DNA of 64,000 bases, the filler included, from Basidiobolus ranarum (taxonomy: Eukaryota), in assembly GCA_040143965.1 (NCBI GenBank). It is 52 parts of 52 records of this genome, joined end to end, with 100 filler letters (N's around TTAATTAATTAA, not from the genome) between each part and the next. Parts side by side here need not be neighbours in the genome. Positions count along the whole stretch, not along the records: positions 1 to 1,139 come from JASJQH010006264.1; positions 1,240 to 2,378 come from JASJQH010006265.1; positions 2,479 to 3,617 come from JASJQH010006266.1; positions 3,718 to 4,855 come from JASJQH010006267.1; positions 4,956 to 6,093 come from JASJQH010006268.1; positions 6,194 to 7,331 come from JASJQH010006269.1; positions 7,432 to 8,569 come from JASJQH010006270.1; positions 8,670 to 9,806 come from JASJQH010006271.1; 44 more parts are not named here. The stretch is one strand, 5' to 3'. The position numbers and the translations under genes were made by a program. The stretch's first letter is position 1; each line of letters starts with the position of its first letter. Shown piece by piece: positions 1 through 11,143 of this stretch. The notes under the pieces are model-generated. The model had not been told where the DNA came from and did not search any database. It saw nothing but the letters and a program-made list of their open reading frames with translations.

Positions 1-2
1 CT

Positions 3-722
3 CTTGACGTCATAAGATCCATGGAACATATAAAAGATAAAATTTTATTTTTGGAGTCGGCTATAATACATAAAAAATATAACTTAATTGCGCCTTTGGG
101 GTTACTTTGGTGTAAGGTTGAAGATGACACCTATTACCATATTATGTGTTACCGAGAAGAAGAAGTTGCCTATCGTGCATCTAAACTTATTCCCAAAAAA
201 AATAGTGGCAAGACCCGAATGTTTGCGGATGGTAAATGGACATATCTGGACATTGCTTATGAAGAAAGAATAATGGGCTTATTCTCACAAAGGTTTGATA
301 ATGTAAACTTACATATTTCCAACTTCCCCCTCTTCGGGTTTATTTCTGTGTTAGATAACCATATGCGCATTAAAGTAGAATATATGCGTAGAGGTTCTAA
401 CAAAGACCGAAGAATGGATAGACGCGGAAGAAGTTTGACGTCTTTGAAAAAGATAGACTTGGCTGTTATACTTGTATTATTACAAACTTTTGTCAACAAA
501 GATGATACCGAATTTCAAACACATTCCGAAAAAGCCAAAAGTGTAATGTGGGACAAGCTAATTCAAACATATGGATCTTCTTTAGATCCTTACATAGAAC
601 TTATTAAACAACGACAGATACTTGAAAGAATTTGGGTTACGGTTACTAACTGGAATGCAAAAAAAATTAGGGAGTTAATCGATGATACCCTTATGATTTC
701 GAAATTATATATTATATTATAA
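3..722 (+). CDS. 5'-truncated intronless ORF; possibly the C-terminal part of an NCLDV D6/D11-like (VETF-S/NPH-I type) SF2 helicase
   Basis: Frame is open from the contig edge (LDVIRS-M at 21). The segment PLFGFISVLDNHMRIK...KDRRMDRRGRSLTSLKKIDL resembles C-termini of NCLDV D6/D11-like proteins as I recall them. It lies 90 bp upstream of a PolB start. The helicase motifs themselves are not in the contig. Confidence 0.45.
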   Translation, partial: LDVIRSMEHIKDKILFLESAIIHKKYNLIAPLGLLWCKVEDDTYYHIMCYREEEVAYRASKLIPKKNSGKTRMFADGKWTYLDIAYEERIMGLFSQRFDNVNLHISNFPLFGFISVLDNHMRIKVEYMRRGSNKDRRMDRRGRSLTSLKKIDLAVILVLLQTFVNKDDTEFQTHSEKAKSVMWDKLIQTYGSSLDPYIELIKQRQILERIWVTVTNWNAKKIRELIDDTLMISKLYIIL

Positions 723-812
723 TCCATATATCTTAGCTCGCAATCCTACTGTAATTTTATTGTATTCTTTTTTAAAATGCTTTGTCACTTGCAAGTCATA
801 AGTTTGTAAGCC

Positions 813-1139
813 ATGGACTGCTTTTTATACGATCTACAATTGGTCTCTGAGTCGCCAGTAATTATTCATGGATATGCCAAATATAATAACCAAACCATCT
901 TACTGGTTATTCACGGCTTTAAACCTTGGTGTTACGTCGATATGCCTCTTCTTAAAGTCGAAAACATTTGTCGCTCCAACAACATCGTTTATATGAACAT
1001 CCAAGAAGTTTATATGTCTACTTCTCTTTTCATAAAAAATAAAAAATCCTTAGTTAAAGTTACGTTTACGAATTATTTAAACATGAAAAATTTTGTCAAG
1101 CACACCAATCGTTCCTTATGTCATATGTATGAACTTGAG
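813..1139 (+). CDS. Family B DNA polymerase, N-terminal fragment (giant-virus-like, 3'-truncated)
   Basis: MDCFLYD...IIHGYAKYNNQTILLVIHGFKPWCYVDMP matches the PolB/Pol-delta N-terminal 'G...T.l.i.GF.PYfY' motif. It starts directly at this domain with no eukaryotic N-terminal extension and no introns. Confidence 0.7.
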
Positions 1140-1239
1140 NNNNNNNNNNNNNNNNNNNNNNNNNNNNNNNNNNNNNNNNNNNNTTAATTAATTAANNNNN
1201 NNNNNNNNNNNNNNNNNNNNNNNNNNNNNNNNNNNNNNN
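1140..1239. other. Artificial contig linker N44-TTAATTAATTAA-N44 (recurs about every 1.23 kb)
   Basis: Identical 100-bp spacer with stops in all six frames. Contig lengths fall monotonically along the window. Confidence 0.98.
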
Positions 1240-1493
1240 GTTCCATACTGGGGTATCATACAAGCGCTAAGAAATATATCAAGTATTGGTGCCACCAATA
1301 TCAAAGGATATTCATACCATAAAAATGGCCCAGTACGATATTGACTTATTGGAGTGGGGTCTATTTCAACAAATAATACACATCACCACCCTTATTTCTC
1401 TGTAAGCACATGATGTTTATGCACGTTCGATCAACAGTATGTATTTATCAACAGGAAGCATGGTAAAATTTGGATTTTTGTATCACAATACAG

Positions 1494-1529
1494 CAATCAA
1501 TACGTGCTTACCAATCAATACGTGCTTAC
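1494..1529 (+). repeat. Exact 18-bp tandem duplication (CAATCAATACGTGCTTAC x2)
   Basis: Direct reading: 1494-1511 and 1512-1529, upstream of a TATATA element at about 1554-1560. Confidence 0.85.
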
Positions 1530-1592
1530 ATTTGAACATTCCTTCGGCTGAGTATATATAACTTCTCTTCCTCAGTATGTTCATTCCAAACC

Positions 1593-2065
1593 ATGAAGTA
1601 CTCAGTCACTCAACTCTTACTCATTCTCTCCACAGCCTTTGCTGTCAATGCAGTATACTTGAGCGCTCGTAAGATCCGAGTTATAAGGGAGTAAGCCATG
1701 GCGGAGGTGGTGGAAGAACAAACAAATATGGAGGTGGTCACGGTGATGACTATGATGATGAATACGATGGTGACGGTAATGATGGGAAATACGGTCATGG
1801 AAGAGGTAAGAAATACGAAGGTGGAGGCGGAGGTCATGGTGACGACTATGATGATGATGATGAATAGGATGGAGGAGACTACAAAGACGTAAGAGGAAAG
1901 AAATATGGTGGTGGAAGAAGTGACGGAGATTATGATGATGTCTATGACTCTGACGGCGATGATGAGTATCACCACGGAGGTGGAAGGGGAAAGATGTATG
2001 GTAGTGGTGGAGGTGGCGATAACTATGAGGATAAAGACAGAAACAAGGGTCACAACAAATACTAA
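1593..2065 (+). pseudogene. Secreted Gly/Asp/Tyr/His-rich low-complexity protein, disrupted
   Basis: ATG 1593 gives a signal peptide, MKYSVTQLLLILSTAFAVNA. A 1-nt frameshift near 1671 leads into DPSYKGVSHGGGGGRTNKYGGGHGDDYDDEYDGDG... There is an in-frame TAG at 1865 and the final TAA is at 2063. Confidence 0.7.
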
Positions 2066-2239
2066 ATATACGTTGATTATTAAGGATACCCAGATGATAC
2101 AATATTTGATAAATAAATATACTTTTTCCATCGTACCTTACATATGAGCTCTTCATAGTTAAGCCGATGAGATTGAGCTGACCTGTTCTTTCCCTGACTT
2201 TTTGCTAATGGAATATACTTAGAGGTTTGAAGATATATA

Positions 2240-2378
2240 GATTTAGTATTTAGTTATCTTATATCTCACTATGATCACCCACTATTCTCAAGAGGAATTT
2301 ACTTAGAAGTTTGAAGATATATAGATTTTTTCAAACTTGTGCTAGAAGCCCCAAACTTTGCACACATGTTCCTGGGAC
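2240..2378 (+). repeat. Fragment of LTR family A
   Basis: Matches the interior of 17562-17909 (ttttcaaacttgtgctagaagccccaaactttgcacac). Confidence 0.7.
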
Positions 2379-2478
2379 NNNNNNNNNNNNNNNNNNNNNN
2401 NNNNNNNNNNNNNNNNNNNNNNTTAATTAATTAANNNNNNNNNNNNNNNNNNNNNNNNNNNNNNNNNNNNNNNNNNNN

Positions 2479-2870
2479 GCCAGTTGACTCAATAGGCAAA
2501 ATTAATTTCAATTTAATGCACTTATAACTGTTGTTATGCATCAGGCTTTGTGCCGCTGGTGGCTTTGTACAGTGACCATGCTTGTGGTTATTTATTTTAT
2601 GAAGCCTCTGGCTTTCATAGCTTAAGAATTTGTGACAATAATAGCAGGGCTGCTTTAAACATTTGTGTTGTGGCATGAGAAAGATATTGTAGAAAAAGAA
2701 CACCTCCCATGTAAGGGTGATATTTTAGGTATTGCCCATCAATATAATTGGCTGATTCTGAGATGGTGTCACATATGAGTCATCAGGGGATTTTCAAGAT
2801 ATTTCCGGTAATGAATGGCAATTTTGGTTTATTATAAGCTGTTCTAAGCAATTTCATTACACCAAGTTTA
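2479..2870 (-). mobile_element. CACTA/CMC transposon: transposase 5' end and intergenic promoter fragment
   Basis: Homologous to 41330-41730. Encodes MPQHKCLKQPCYYCHKF...LH...H, a zinc-finger-like N-terminus. Confidence 0.7.
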
Positions 2871-3154
2871 TGTTGAAGTTTATTATCTTCATCAGATTTG
2901 TTATCCCTATCTTTATACACCTAACTATTACATATATCACATATTAGTTAGTCAACATTATTTAGTCAAATATCACTTTGCTGAAAATTGGAACATATAT
3001 TTTATATATATGTATATTATGTGAGAATTAGCAATTACATATTGGAAATTTCAAACTTGTCCAAATTGCCCCAAAGATATCTCATTTTACTCCCACAGAT
3101 GTTCTGAACACAATCCCAGTGTTAGTTTTCTGTATTTCCACCAAAATGTATAAA
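2871..3154 (+). repeat. Copia LTR family D (5' part)
   Basis: Starts TGTTGAAG; same family as the complete LTR at 48221-48598. Confidence 0.75.
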
Positions 3155-3340
3155 TGTTATGATTCTGATCTTGGCATACTGATTCACTACAAATAGAACT
3201 CCTCTATTATTAGATTATGACATTATATCTGCTGTGCCATCCCTTCTTGGCAATCTGGTGTCAGTTCATCCCGATTACCTTATATGGAAGTCAAGTTCTT
3301 TGGAACATTCAATGAAACCTAACCAATCATGTTATCCCAC
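3155..3340 (+). repeat. Gypsy LTR family B, 5' part, truncated by telomeric repeats
   Basis: Matches 30611-30804 up to ...catcccac, then switches to TTAGGG. Confidence 0.8.
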
Positions 3341-3372
3341 TTAGGGTTAGGGTTAGGGTAGGGTTAGGGGGG
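3341..3372 (+). repeat. Short interstitial telomeric array (TTAGGG)3-TAGGG-TTAGGG-GGG
   Basis: Direct reading. Confidence 0.85.
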
Positions 3373-3617
3373 AGACAGTCACCCAAAGGTGAAATCTTTA
3401 TTTCAAACAAAACAAAGAAGCCATAACTACTTTTGTAGTTTCTTAACTAATGTATGGAGATCAGGAGTATTTGTATGAATGTTGCAAAGCAGAAAAGTTA
3501 AGTCAGTAGAATCTAAGACACTGTTAAGTGGAGTGGGAGGGAGTAACAAAGGTAAAAATGGTTTGTCAACAATGGAAATTAGTGGAATGAGACTAGGATT
3601 AACATAAAGCATAAAGG
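3373..3617 (-). mobile_element. Putative 3' end of a non-LTR or Penelope-like retroelement with a (CCCTAA)n tail
   Basis: Minus-strand ORF end (stop 3427), AATAAA at about 3400, hairpin TCACC/GGTGA 3379-3392, then C-rich telomeric repeats. No RT motif is visible in the fragment. Confidence 0.4.
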
Positions 3618-3849
3618 NNNNNNNNNNNNNNNNNNNNNNNNNNNNNNNNNNNNNNNNNNNNTTAATTAATTAANNNNNNNNNNNNNNNNNNNNNNNNNNN
3701 NNNNNNNNNNNNNNNNNTATGGTACTCTTGCATATCAGCTACACAAGCAACTGATTGGCCTTAGACTTTGTGTTCAGATGCAGTCACCATATTCCATATT
3801 TTCCTCTTTGGGAATTACTACATGTACCAGAAGTGACCAGACTTTCAAC

Positions 3850-4327
3850 AGATCTTTGTGTACATTTTTGAGATGTTTCATGAATAGGCCTATACTAGCC
3901 TAATTGCAAATTTCTTGCAAAAACCCAGGATAAGCTACATGAAAAAAGTCTAGAATCTTTAGAGTAATGCTTGATTTTTAGTTTTTCCACAATTAGCTCA
4001 AATCTAGATGATTTCAGACAAGATTCCACACAGATTCCAAAATGTTAAAACACTCATCATCAGAGCAAGTGATGGCAGTTCTGACTTTCAGAGTCTTTTG
4101 GTTTGCTGGTCTCTCTATGAGATTTCTACTTTCATTGGCCCAAGCATTTTGGGTTGCTGTGTAGGCTTAATGGTTCAACACATATTCTGCTCTACTAGAT
4201 TGTCACAGTGACAGTCATATGTATGGTGTGGCATTGATTGAAACCTCATTTGAGAATGGACAGAGGGAACAGCATGTTGCTGTAGCCACCATCTCAGAAT
4301 CAGCTGATGATATTGATGAGCTATACA
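3850..4327 (-). mobile_element. Diverged CACTA subfamily: promoter motif plus accessory ORF2 region
   Basis: 4288-4327 matches the promoter motif at 41440-41478. 3860-3935 (YPGFLQEICN*ASIGLFMKHLK) matches 32570-32635. Confidence 0.5.
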
Positions 4328-4855
4328 TGTCACAATAAGGAACTGGACAAGGACTGGAAACAATGACAAGAGGCTAGAAGGCAGAAGAGTACTTGGGTGT
4401 AGATCACAAGACAAGACAAGACTTGACAGGTAAGATACATTGGCAAGAATCTTTATTAATAACTGGCATTGATCAGACTGAGGTCTGATCAAGGAATACA
4501 TGGGGCATATATAGGTATTGCAGGGTAAAATATAATAAAATGAATAGGGAATACACTGTGGCAAGTTTGAGTGTTGGGGTGTTGGGGACTACAAGGACCA
4601 ATACAATTAGGGATGATGTAAGGATGATCTGGTGACCTTCCATGGAAGGTCTTAGTAGAAATACACTACATTTGGGATGACATGATTGGTTAGGTTTAAT
4701 GGAATGTTCCAAAGAACATGACTTCCCTATAAGGTAACTTGGGTGAACCAACACAAGATTGCCAAGAAGGGATGGCATAGCAGAAATTATGTTGTTATCT
4801 AATAATACAGGAGGTCTATTTGCAGTGGATCAGTTTTCGGGGATGAGTATTGTGA
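4328..4855 (-). repeat. Gypsy LTR family B, nearly complete (about 530 bp)
   Basis: TGTCACAAT terminus. Contains the 18-bp palindrome GACCTTCCATGGAAGGTC (4634-4651). Homologous to 17325-18126, 29672-29863 and 33371-33515. Confidence 0.8.
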
Positions 4856-4955
4856 NNNNNNNNNNNNNNNNNNNNNNNNNNNNNNNNNNNNNNNNNNNNT
4901 TAATTAATTAANNNNNNNNNNNNNNNNNNNNNNNNNNNNNNNNNNNNNNNNNNNN

Positions 4956-6093
4956 TTTGCAGTATAGTTGGGTGGAGCTGTTTTCTGTACTTGAGCAAGA
5001 GTAGCACAGGGTGATTATTTCAACATAGAATCATGGTAGAGATGGCAAGAACAATGTTACAAGATCAAAAGTTAGCTTACCAATAGGTGGCAAAAGGTAC
5101 TCTGTGCTCGTTCTTAATGATGAAACAATATATACTTGGGTATTCTTTTGCAAATCAAAATTTCCAGTCTCAACTACATGCAAACACTACAAAATAATGG
5201 CAGGGAAAGAATCAGCACAAATAATAAGGATAATAAGGAGTGATAATGGTGGAGAACACTGCTCTATGGACTTTGCTAGTTTTTTTCTAAGCTTGGAACT
5301 AAGGAACAAATTCTGTGTCTCACACTCCTCAGCAAAATGGAGTTGTACAACATGCTAATTGAACCATAGTGGAGATGGCAAGATCAATGTTACATGCTCA
5401 AAGGTTAGATTACCAATATTGGGCTGATTCTGTCTCCACTGTGGTCTTTCTTAGGAACAGGGGCCAAGCAAGATTGCTCCACACTTCTACTCTTTTTAAG
5501 GCCTTCTGTCTATCAAAACTAAGTGTAGATTATAGCAGGATCTTTAGTTTAACAGAATATGCAAAATTCCAACTCATCAATGCTCTATATTGGAGCCCAA
5601 AAGCAGTGAAACACATTTCTTGATTAATTTGATGCATCTAAGGCCTACAGATTGTTGAGTACCTATCATCAGAATTTAAGTAAGGGTAGAGATGTAATAT
5701 TTGTAGAAAAGAATTATTTGCACCTCTTATTATTGGGAAAATATTGGCTGTTTGGAGGAACTTTAGAAAAGTGAAGTTTTGACAAGCTTTGTGAGATAAT
5801 TATTTATTGTCCAGAAATAAAGCATTTATACATTTTGGTTAAAATGCTGAAAACTAACACTGGGGTTGCATTCAGAACATCTGTGGGAGTAAAATGAGCT
5901 ATCTTTGGGGCAATTTGGAGGAGTTTGAAATCTCCAATTTAGAATTGCTAATTCTCACATTATTCACATATATATATAATATATGTTCCAATTTTCAGCT
6001 AAGTGATATTTGACTAAGTAATATTAACTAACTGATGTGAAATATATGAAATAGTTAGGTGTATAAAGATAGAGATAACAAATATGATAAAGA
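4956..6093 (+). mobile_element. Degenerate Ty1/copia integrase fragments followed by an inverted LTR-D (5731-6093)
   Basis: IRSDNGGE and VEMARSMLHAQ...W.D.V.T..FLRNR motifs with stops and frameshifts. Confidence 0.8.
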
Positions 6094-6416
6094 NNNNNNN
6101 NNNNNNNNNNNNNNNNNNNNNNNNNNNNNNNNNNNNNTTAATTAATTAANNNNNNNNNNNNNNNNNNNNNNNNNNNNNNNNNNNNNNNNNNNNCTTAAGA
6201 TTATCTTTTGTTACCTTTACTAGAAGGACTACGTCCTGGCCCAACATATTTTGCTTTCCTTTTACCTGTACACCTTCCTTTTTACAATTGTCTTTATTTG
6301 ACTTGATGTTTTCTCATTTTCCTTACTTTACATCCTCTGTGATTATCTCAAAGGACACTTTACCTAAGTGATGCGCAATAAAGTAACTAAAAACCTAATC
6401 TTAAGGCTATTTAGTT

Positions 6417-6720
6417 GGGGGAGATTGTTGAAATAAACATTGCCTAAACACCTACATAGTCATATACAGCTTAGTATTTAGTTAACCATTTTTCACTAGG
6501 ATATCACCCATCAATCTCGATTGGAATTTACTCAGAATATTTTTACCAATTTAGAAATTCTCAGATATATAGGTTTTGATAACTTGTGCTAGAAGCCCCA
6601 AGCTTAGCACACAATGCTCCTAGGTCTTTTCTTTACAGATTCTACATGTTAGTCAGGTTACATCTTGATAAAACTATAGATGTCACCTTTCTACTCAATA
6701 AAAGATGATTACGAGTATTA
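6417..6720 (+). repeat. Polypurine tract plus 3' LTR family A (copia-type)
   Basis: GGGGGAGA-T followed by TGTTGAAA at 6426. Confidence 0.65.
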
Positions 6721-7431
6721 AAATATCAAGTTAGCACCTCATTATTGAAAATAGCCTAGTTACCTGGATCTCACACTACAAATAATGTGCTTCCAGACCA
6801 AAGTACACTGTCCAGTTACACTTTAAAAGCTTTCATGTTCTGTTAATTTGATTAAATATTACAAGTTGACCTAAAGACCCCAAACATTGCACCCATACTC
6901 CTAAACACATTCTATAGGTTGTAATAGCCAAGACTTTGTATTTTCAACAAATGATAAATGAAAAGCAAATATTTTTCTAGTTCTTCAAATGAATTCCGAT
7001 ACCTCTGAAAATCTTACACTCGAAATAAATTACGTATTTATTCACAGATTGAAGTTTTTAAAAGCTATCTAATAGATGCAATCCCTTGGACAAATGATTT
7101 CATTGGCTTTCACAATACATTGATATTAGAATAAACAAGTCATCTTAATATATAGAGCCATACTTTCATCACCGATGAGTAAACATATACTAGTCTTAAC
7201 TGCTACTTTCAATAGCCAGGTTTCCAGCTGGTTGCGTCATCAATCAACCAATCTAGCTTCCTTGAGATATACACCAGGTCTACTTGAAAGTTATCTGACA
7301 CTCACACATTAAATACTGATATGGATTCGAGNNNNNNNNNNNNNNNNNNNNNNNNNNNNNNNNNNNNNNNNNNNNTTAATTAATTAANNNNNNNNNNNNN
7401 NNNNNNNNNNNNNNNNNNNNNNNNNNNNNNN

Positions 7432-8569
7432 GATACCATACTATCTGTTTCACAGCTATCCTATGTTTCATTGAAGGATTTTTCATACATTTGCTAACTA
7501 TGTTTATGGCTTGAGCAATATCAGGCCTATAACCAGTTGTTGCATATATGAGACTTCCAACTGCACTATAGTAAGGAATATGTTTCATGATTTCAATATC
7601 CTTGGCAATCTTTGGTTCTAAATCCTTAGTGAGTTTCAGCATATGTAGTGGATTTGAAACTGTTTAACATTCTGACTTACTAAATCTGTTTAAAACTTCT
7701 CCAATTTATTTTTCCCATGTAATATATATTGTTCCAATATTAGATTTTGATGTATCTGCATTTCAAGAAAATATGCTAGTGATCCCAGATCTTAAATTTC
7801 AAATTTGGTAATTAGGCAGGTCTTATATTGTTTCCTCAGATTTGAACAATTACAAACTATTATGATATTTTAAACATAGAGAGCAATTATGACTTTGATG
7901 GCTTTTACATTCCTGAATTATATGTGGTGATCAGCATTGCTACAATGGAAAAGATGTTGGATGAAGATCTGATGAATTTTAGTATTCCTCACATAAGGAG
8001 CCTGTTTCAGACCATATAGACTTCTCTGTAGTTTACATACTTGATATTCCCTTAAATTGGCAATAAATCCCTCTATTTATTTAACGCATATATCATCATC
8101 AATTTTTCCATTAAGAGATGCTGCCTTGACATCCATTTGTTCTAGTAGCATTCCTTGGTGGGTAGCAATAGCTAAGATTGCTCTGATTGAGGTAAATGTT
8201 GCAACAATAGAAAATGTTTCATTATAGTCAATGCCATGTTTTGGATCATATATCTGTACTACTAATCTTGCTTTATTCAAGTTCATAGGTCTATCTAAGT
8301 TAAGTTTCAGTTTCAGCACCCATCTATTACCAATAGTTTTTCTTCCAGTAGGTGGGTCCACATGGATTCATGTATCATACTTGACTAGGGAGTAAATTTT
8401 GTCATTGGTAGCTTTTCTCCATTCTGTTGCTTCATCATATTTCAGGGCTTGTGTCAAATTCTCTGGTTCCAAAGATGCATTATGTGCAGATATATTCCAC
8501 CCTTTTTCAGAATTGAATATGTCAATTTCATGCTCTAATTTGAGACATCCAAAGTCCTCAGAAGAATGG
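7432..8569 (-). mobile_element. Ty1/copia reverse transcriptase, degenerate
   Basis: KARLV, GIDYNETF, QMDVKAA.LNG and PY.SAVGSL.Y...RPDIA motifs with many stops. Confidence 0.88.
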
Positions 8570-11143
8570 NNNNNNNNNNNNNNNNNNNNNNNNNNNNNNN
8601 NNNNNNNNNNNNNTTAATTAATTAANNNNNNNNNNNNNNNNNNNNNNNNNNNNNNNNNNNNNNNNNNNNTCATTCTTCACCATTACCTTGGTACAATGTG
8701 GGACAACTTAAATTACTGTTACTTCATATGGCAACGGATATGGGCATGGGAATTACTTAAATCCGCAATTTCACGCTCCGTTTCGTCCCATTTGTAAATA
8801 TGTTGAGGAACGATCATGATGATAACAAATATCGATTAGTCATGGAATTCTCCAACCTCACCTCAAGAATGAAGCAAAGATCGTCGAAGTACATGAACAT
8901 AGGATTCAGTTAAGCCAGAGTGTGCTACGAACTAGTTTTCGATAGACCCAACATAGTATTTGTGTAAATTCCACCAGCACCATTGGCCACTAGATTACCA
9001 TGCTATCACTATTGGCTCTTTGATTTGATTGCACAATTCCGGATATCAATAGAATTCCATGTTAAATTTACATCAAATCAATGGTAGAAACATTCGATAC
9101 TTATGAATGCACAAAATGGTATAATTCTACAAATTAGTAAAATTCCCTAAATTGACTTGGAAAAGGTAGAGATTGGGGCATGTAAACGATATCTTAGTTA
9201 GAGTGTTCTACTTGACGGATTTGGCTCTCTTTCACTATTTTTGTCATCGAGACTTCCCTCCATCATATGATCTCCTCTGTTTGTTAAACCGAACAAGGAA
9301 TGACAGGGTGGAATTCATTTCTCTAGGTATAACTTATTGGTCAAAGCATGGAGTTTTGAGCTTGTAAATAAATCAACGTGGGAACGGGTCATTATGAGCG
9401 AAACTAGGGCTATAAAAAGGTATATGACAGTGGTTGGCCATATTTAATTAGTTCGTGGCACCCTCCGGTTGACCAGAACCAGGATGCATATTACTTTACC
9501 TGAAGCGGATAATATCGGAAGAAATAGGAATAAAGGGAAATGATAGGTTGAGTGTTTACGGTACTCTGATTGATTCTTAGAAATTAACCGTCGTGACGAA
9601 CGATAATTGGCTTTCCTTAAATAAGCAATTGACGCCCTCAATCCTTTGCTCTTGCGTACGAAGATCGTTGGATATCTTCACATATTGGCGGTGGGTGAGG
9701 GGGAGAGCGAGAGACGACTCAAAAAAATTTCATTTGCAAGTGATTCTGAGGCAATTCCTGTATGTTGCTGATGCAAGATGAATCGAGTAAAGTGCATACT
9801 ACATTGNNNNNNNNNNNNNNNNNNNNNNNNNNNNNNNNNNNNNNNNNNNNTTAATTAATTAANNNNNNNNNNNNNNNNNNNNNNNNNNNNNNNNNNNNNN
9901 NNNNNNTCTATTTATGAGCCAAGAAAATCCCCTCACACGCCACTAGCAATGCAATTCTTCTGGTATATCACTAAACGTCATGCCGAAATCCATATTGGGA
10001 AGTAAATACATGCAAAGATAACAACTGCACGTGTTTAGTTGTTCGGAATAAATCAGTTAGAAAGCTCCACTGCGGTTAGGAATCATATGAAAACCCCGAG
10101 TATGACCAACGTATGAGAACAAACGGCGCTAAAAAAACCATCCAACTTTGAAGGGATTCCACCTACCAAGTAACTATTTAATCATCAGAATGTGATCAGC
10201 AGTATTGGAATTGGTGAGCATTGGATTTTATCGACTGCTTTTTTAACCACCGCTACTCCGGCATAATTTGGGAGAGATGACGTTGAGTATTTGTAGGCGT
10301 AAATTTCCCTTATAGTAAATCAGCTTTGGGTAAAGTGGACGGAAAGAGGATAAACTCAAAATTCCGCCCGAGATTGGAAATGCTGAATGGATTAATCAGA
10401 TAATGAGTATGTTGCGACTATGATTGGTCAAAAAAACTGGTATTTTGGTTGATGATTAATCAAAGTATTTGGATGCTTATATACCTCTAATACGGACAAA
10501 CACTAAGAAAGCTATTTAGATTAGTCGCATTTTACAGCTTAAGGGTTAGGGTGCAGTCATTAAGGAAATAAAGCGATCTCCTAGTGATCACTACATTTTG
10601 TGGCTAAACAATTGTGGCTAATAGAGTCAGGGAGAACTTAGAGTTGGACCCTCTTCTGCACCTCCTTGTATCCTCTCTTTCAGTTGGTTATATATAAGTT
10701 ACCCAACCCTAACCCATTCTAATCATTGGCTATATGAATATTGATGGGTCATGGGTTATACATAGTCAGTATTTAGGCTGAAACCATCGAACCTTGGTCA
10801 TGAAATTAATCAAGAAACATCTACCAAGAAAGATGGGTGTGAGTATGGGTACAAGAATGGGAATGGGAATGAGTATGGGTACTAGTATGGGCTAGGTGTG
10901 GGGAGATGGGTTTGGCTATCAGGGCATTTGTATCGGTGATGGTGATGAGAATGTAGCCAGTGTCTAGACTCTCTTGTATCTACAGATATTTGATTGGATG
11001 AGCTTCTTCCTTTGTTGGTTAATTGTAAGTCTAATGAAATCATNNNNNNNNNNNNNNNNNNNNNNNNNNNNNNNNNNNNNNNNNNNNTTAATTAATTAAN
11101 NNNNNNNNNNNNNNNNNNNNNNNNNNNNNNNNNNNNNNNNNNN

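Noticed and set aside
1184-1195. Regularly spaced TTAATTAATTAA as a CRISPR-like or biological repeat
   Set aside because: Always embedded in N runs; it is an assembly linker.
1610-2156. Track ORFs rich in Met/Val, His or Ile on both strands
   Set aside because: Shadow frames of the GGT/GAT-rich Gly/Asp gene at 1593-2065.
8670-9320. Possible decayed membrane-protein (7TM-like) gene on the minus strand
   Set aside because: Only scattered hydrophobic stretches with stops in all frames; no supportable motif.
10540-10716. Inverted AGGGTTAGGGT / ACCCTAACCC telomere-like motifs as MITE ends
   Set aside because: Only about 10 bp, no TSD and no second copy in the window.
10830-10950. His/Pro-rich reading on the minus strand
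   Set aside because: Low-complexity ATGGG repeats with stops; no sustained ORF.
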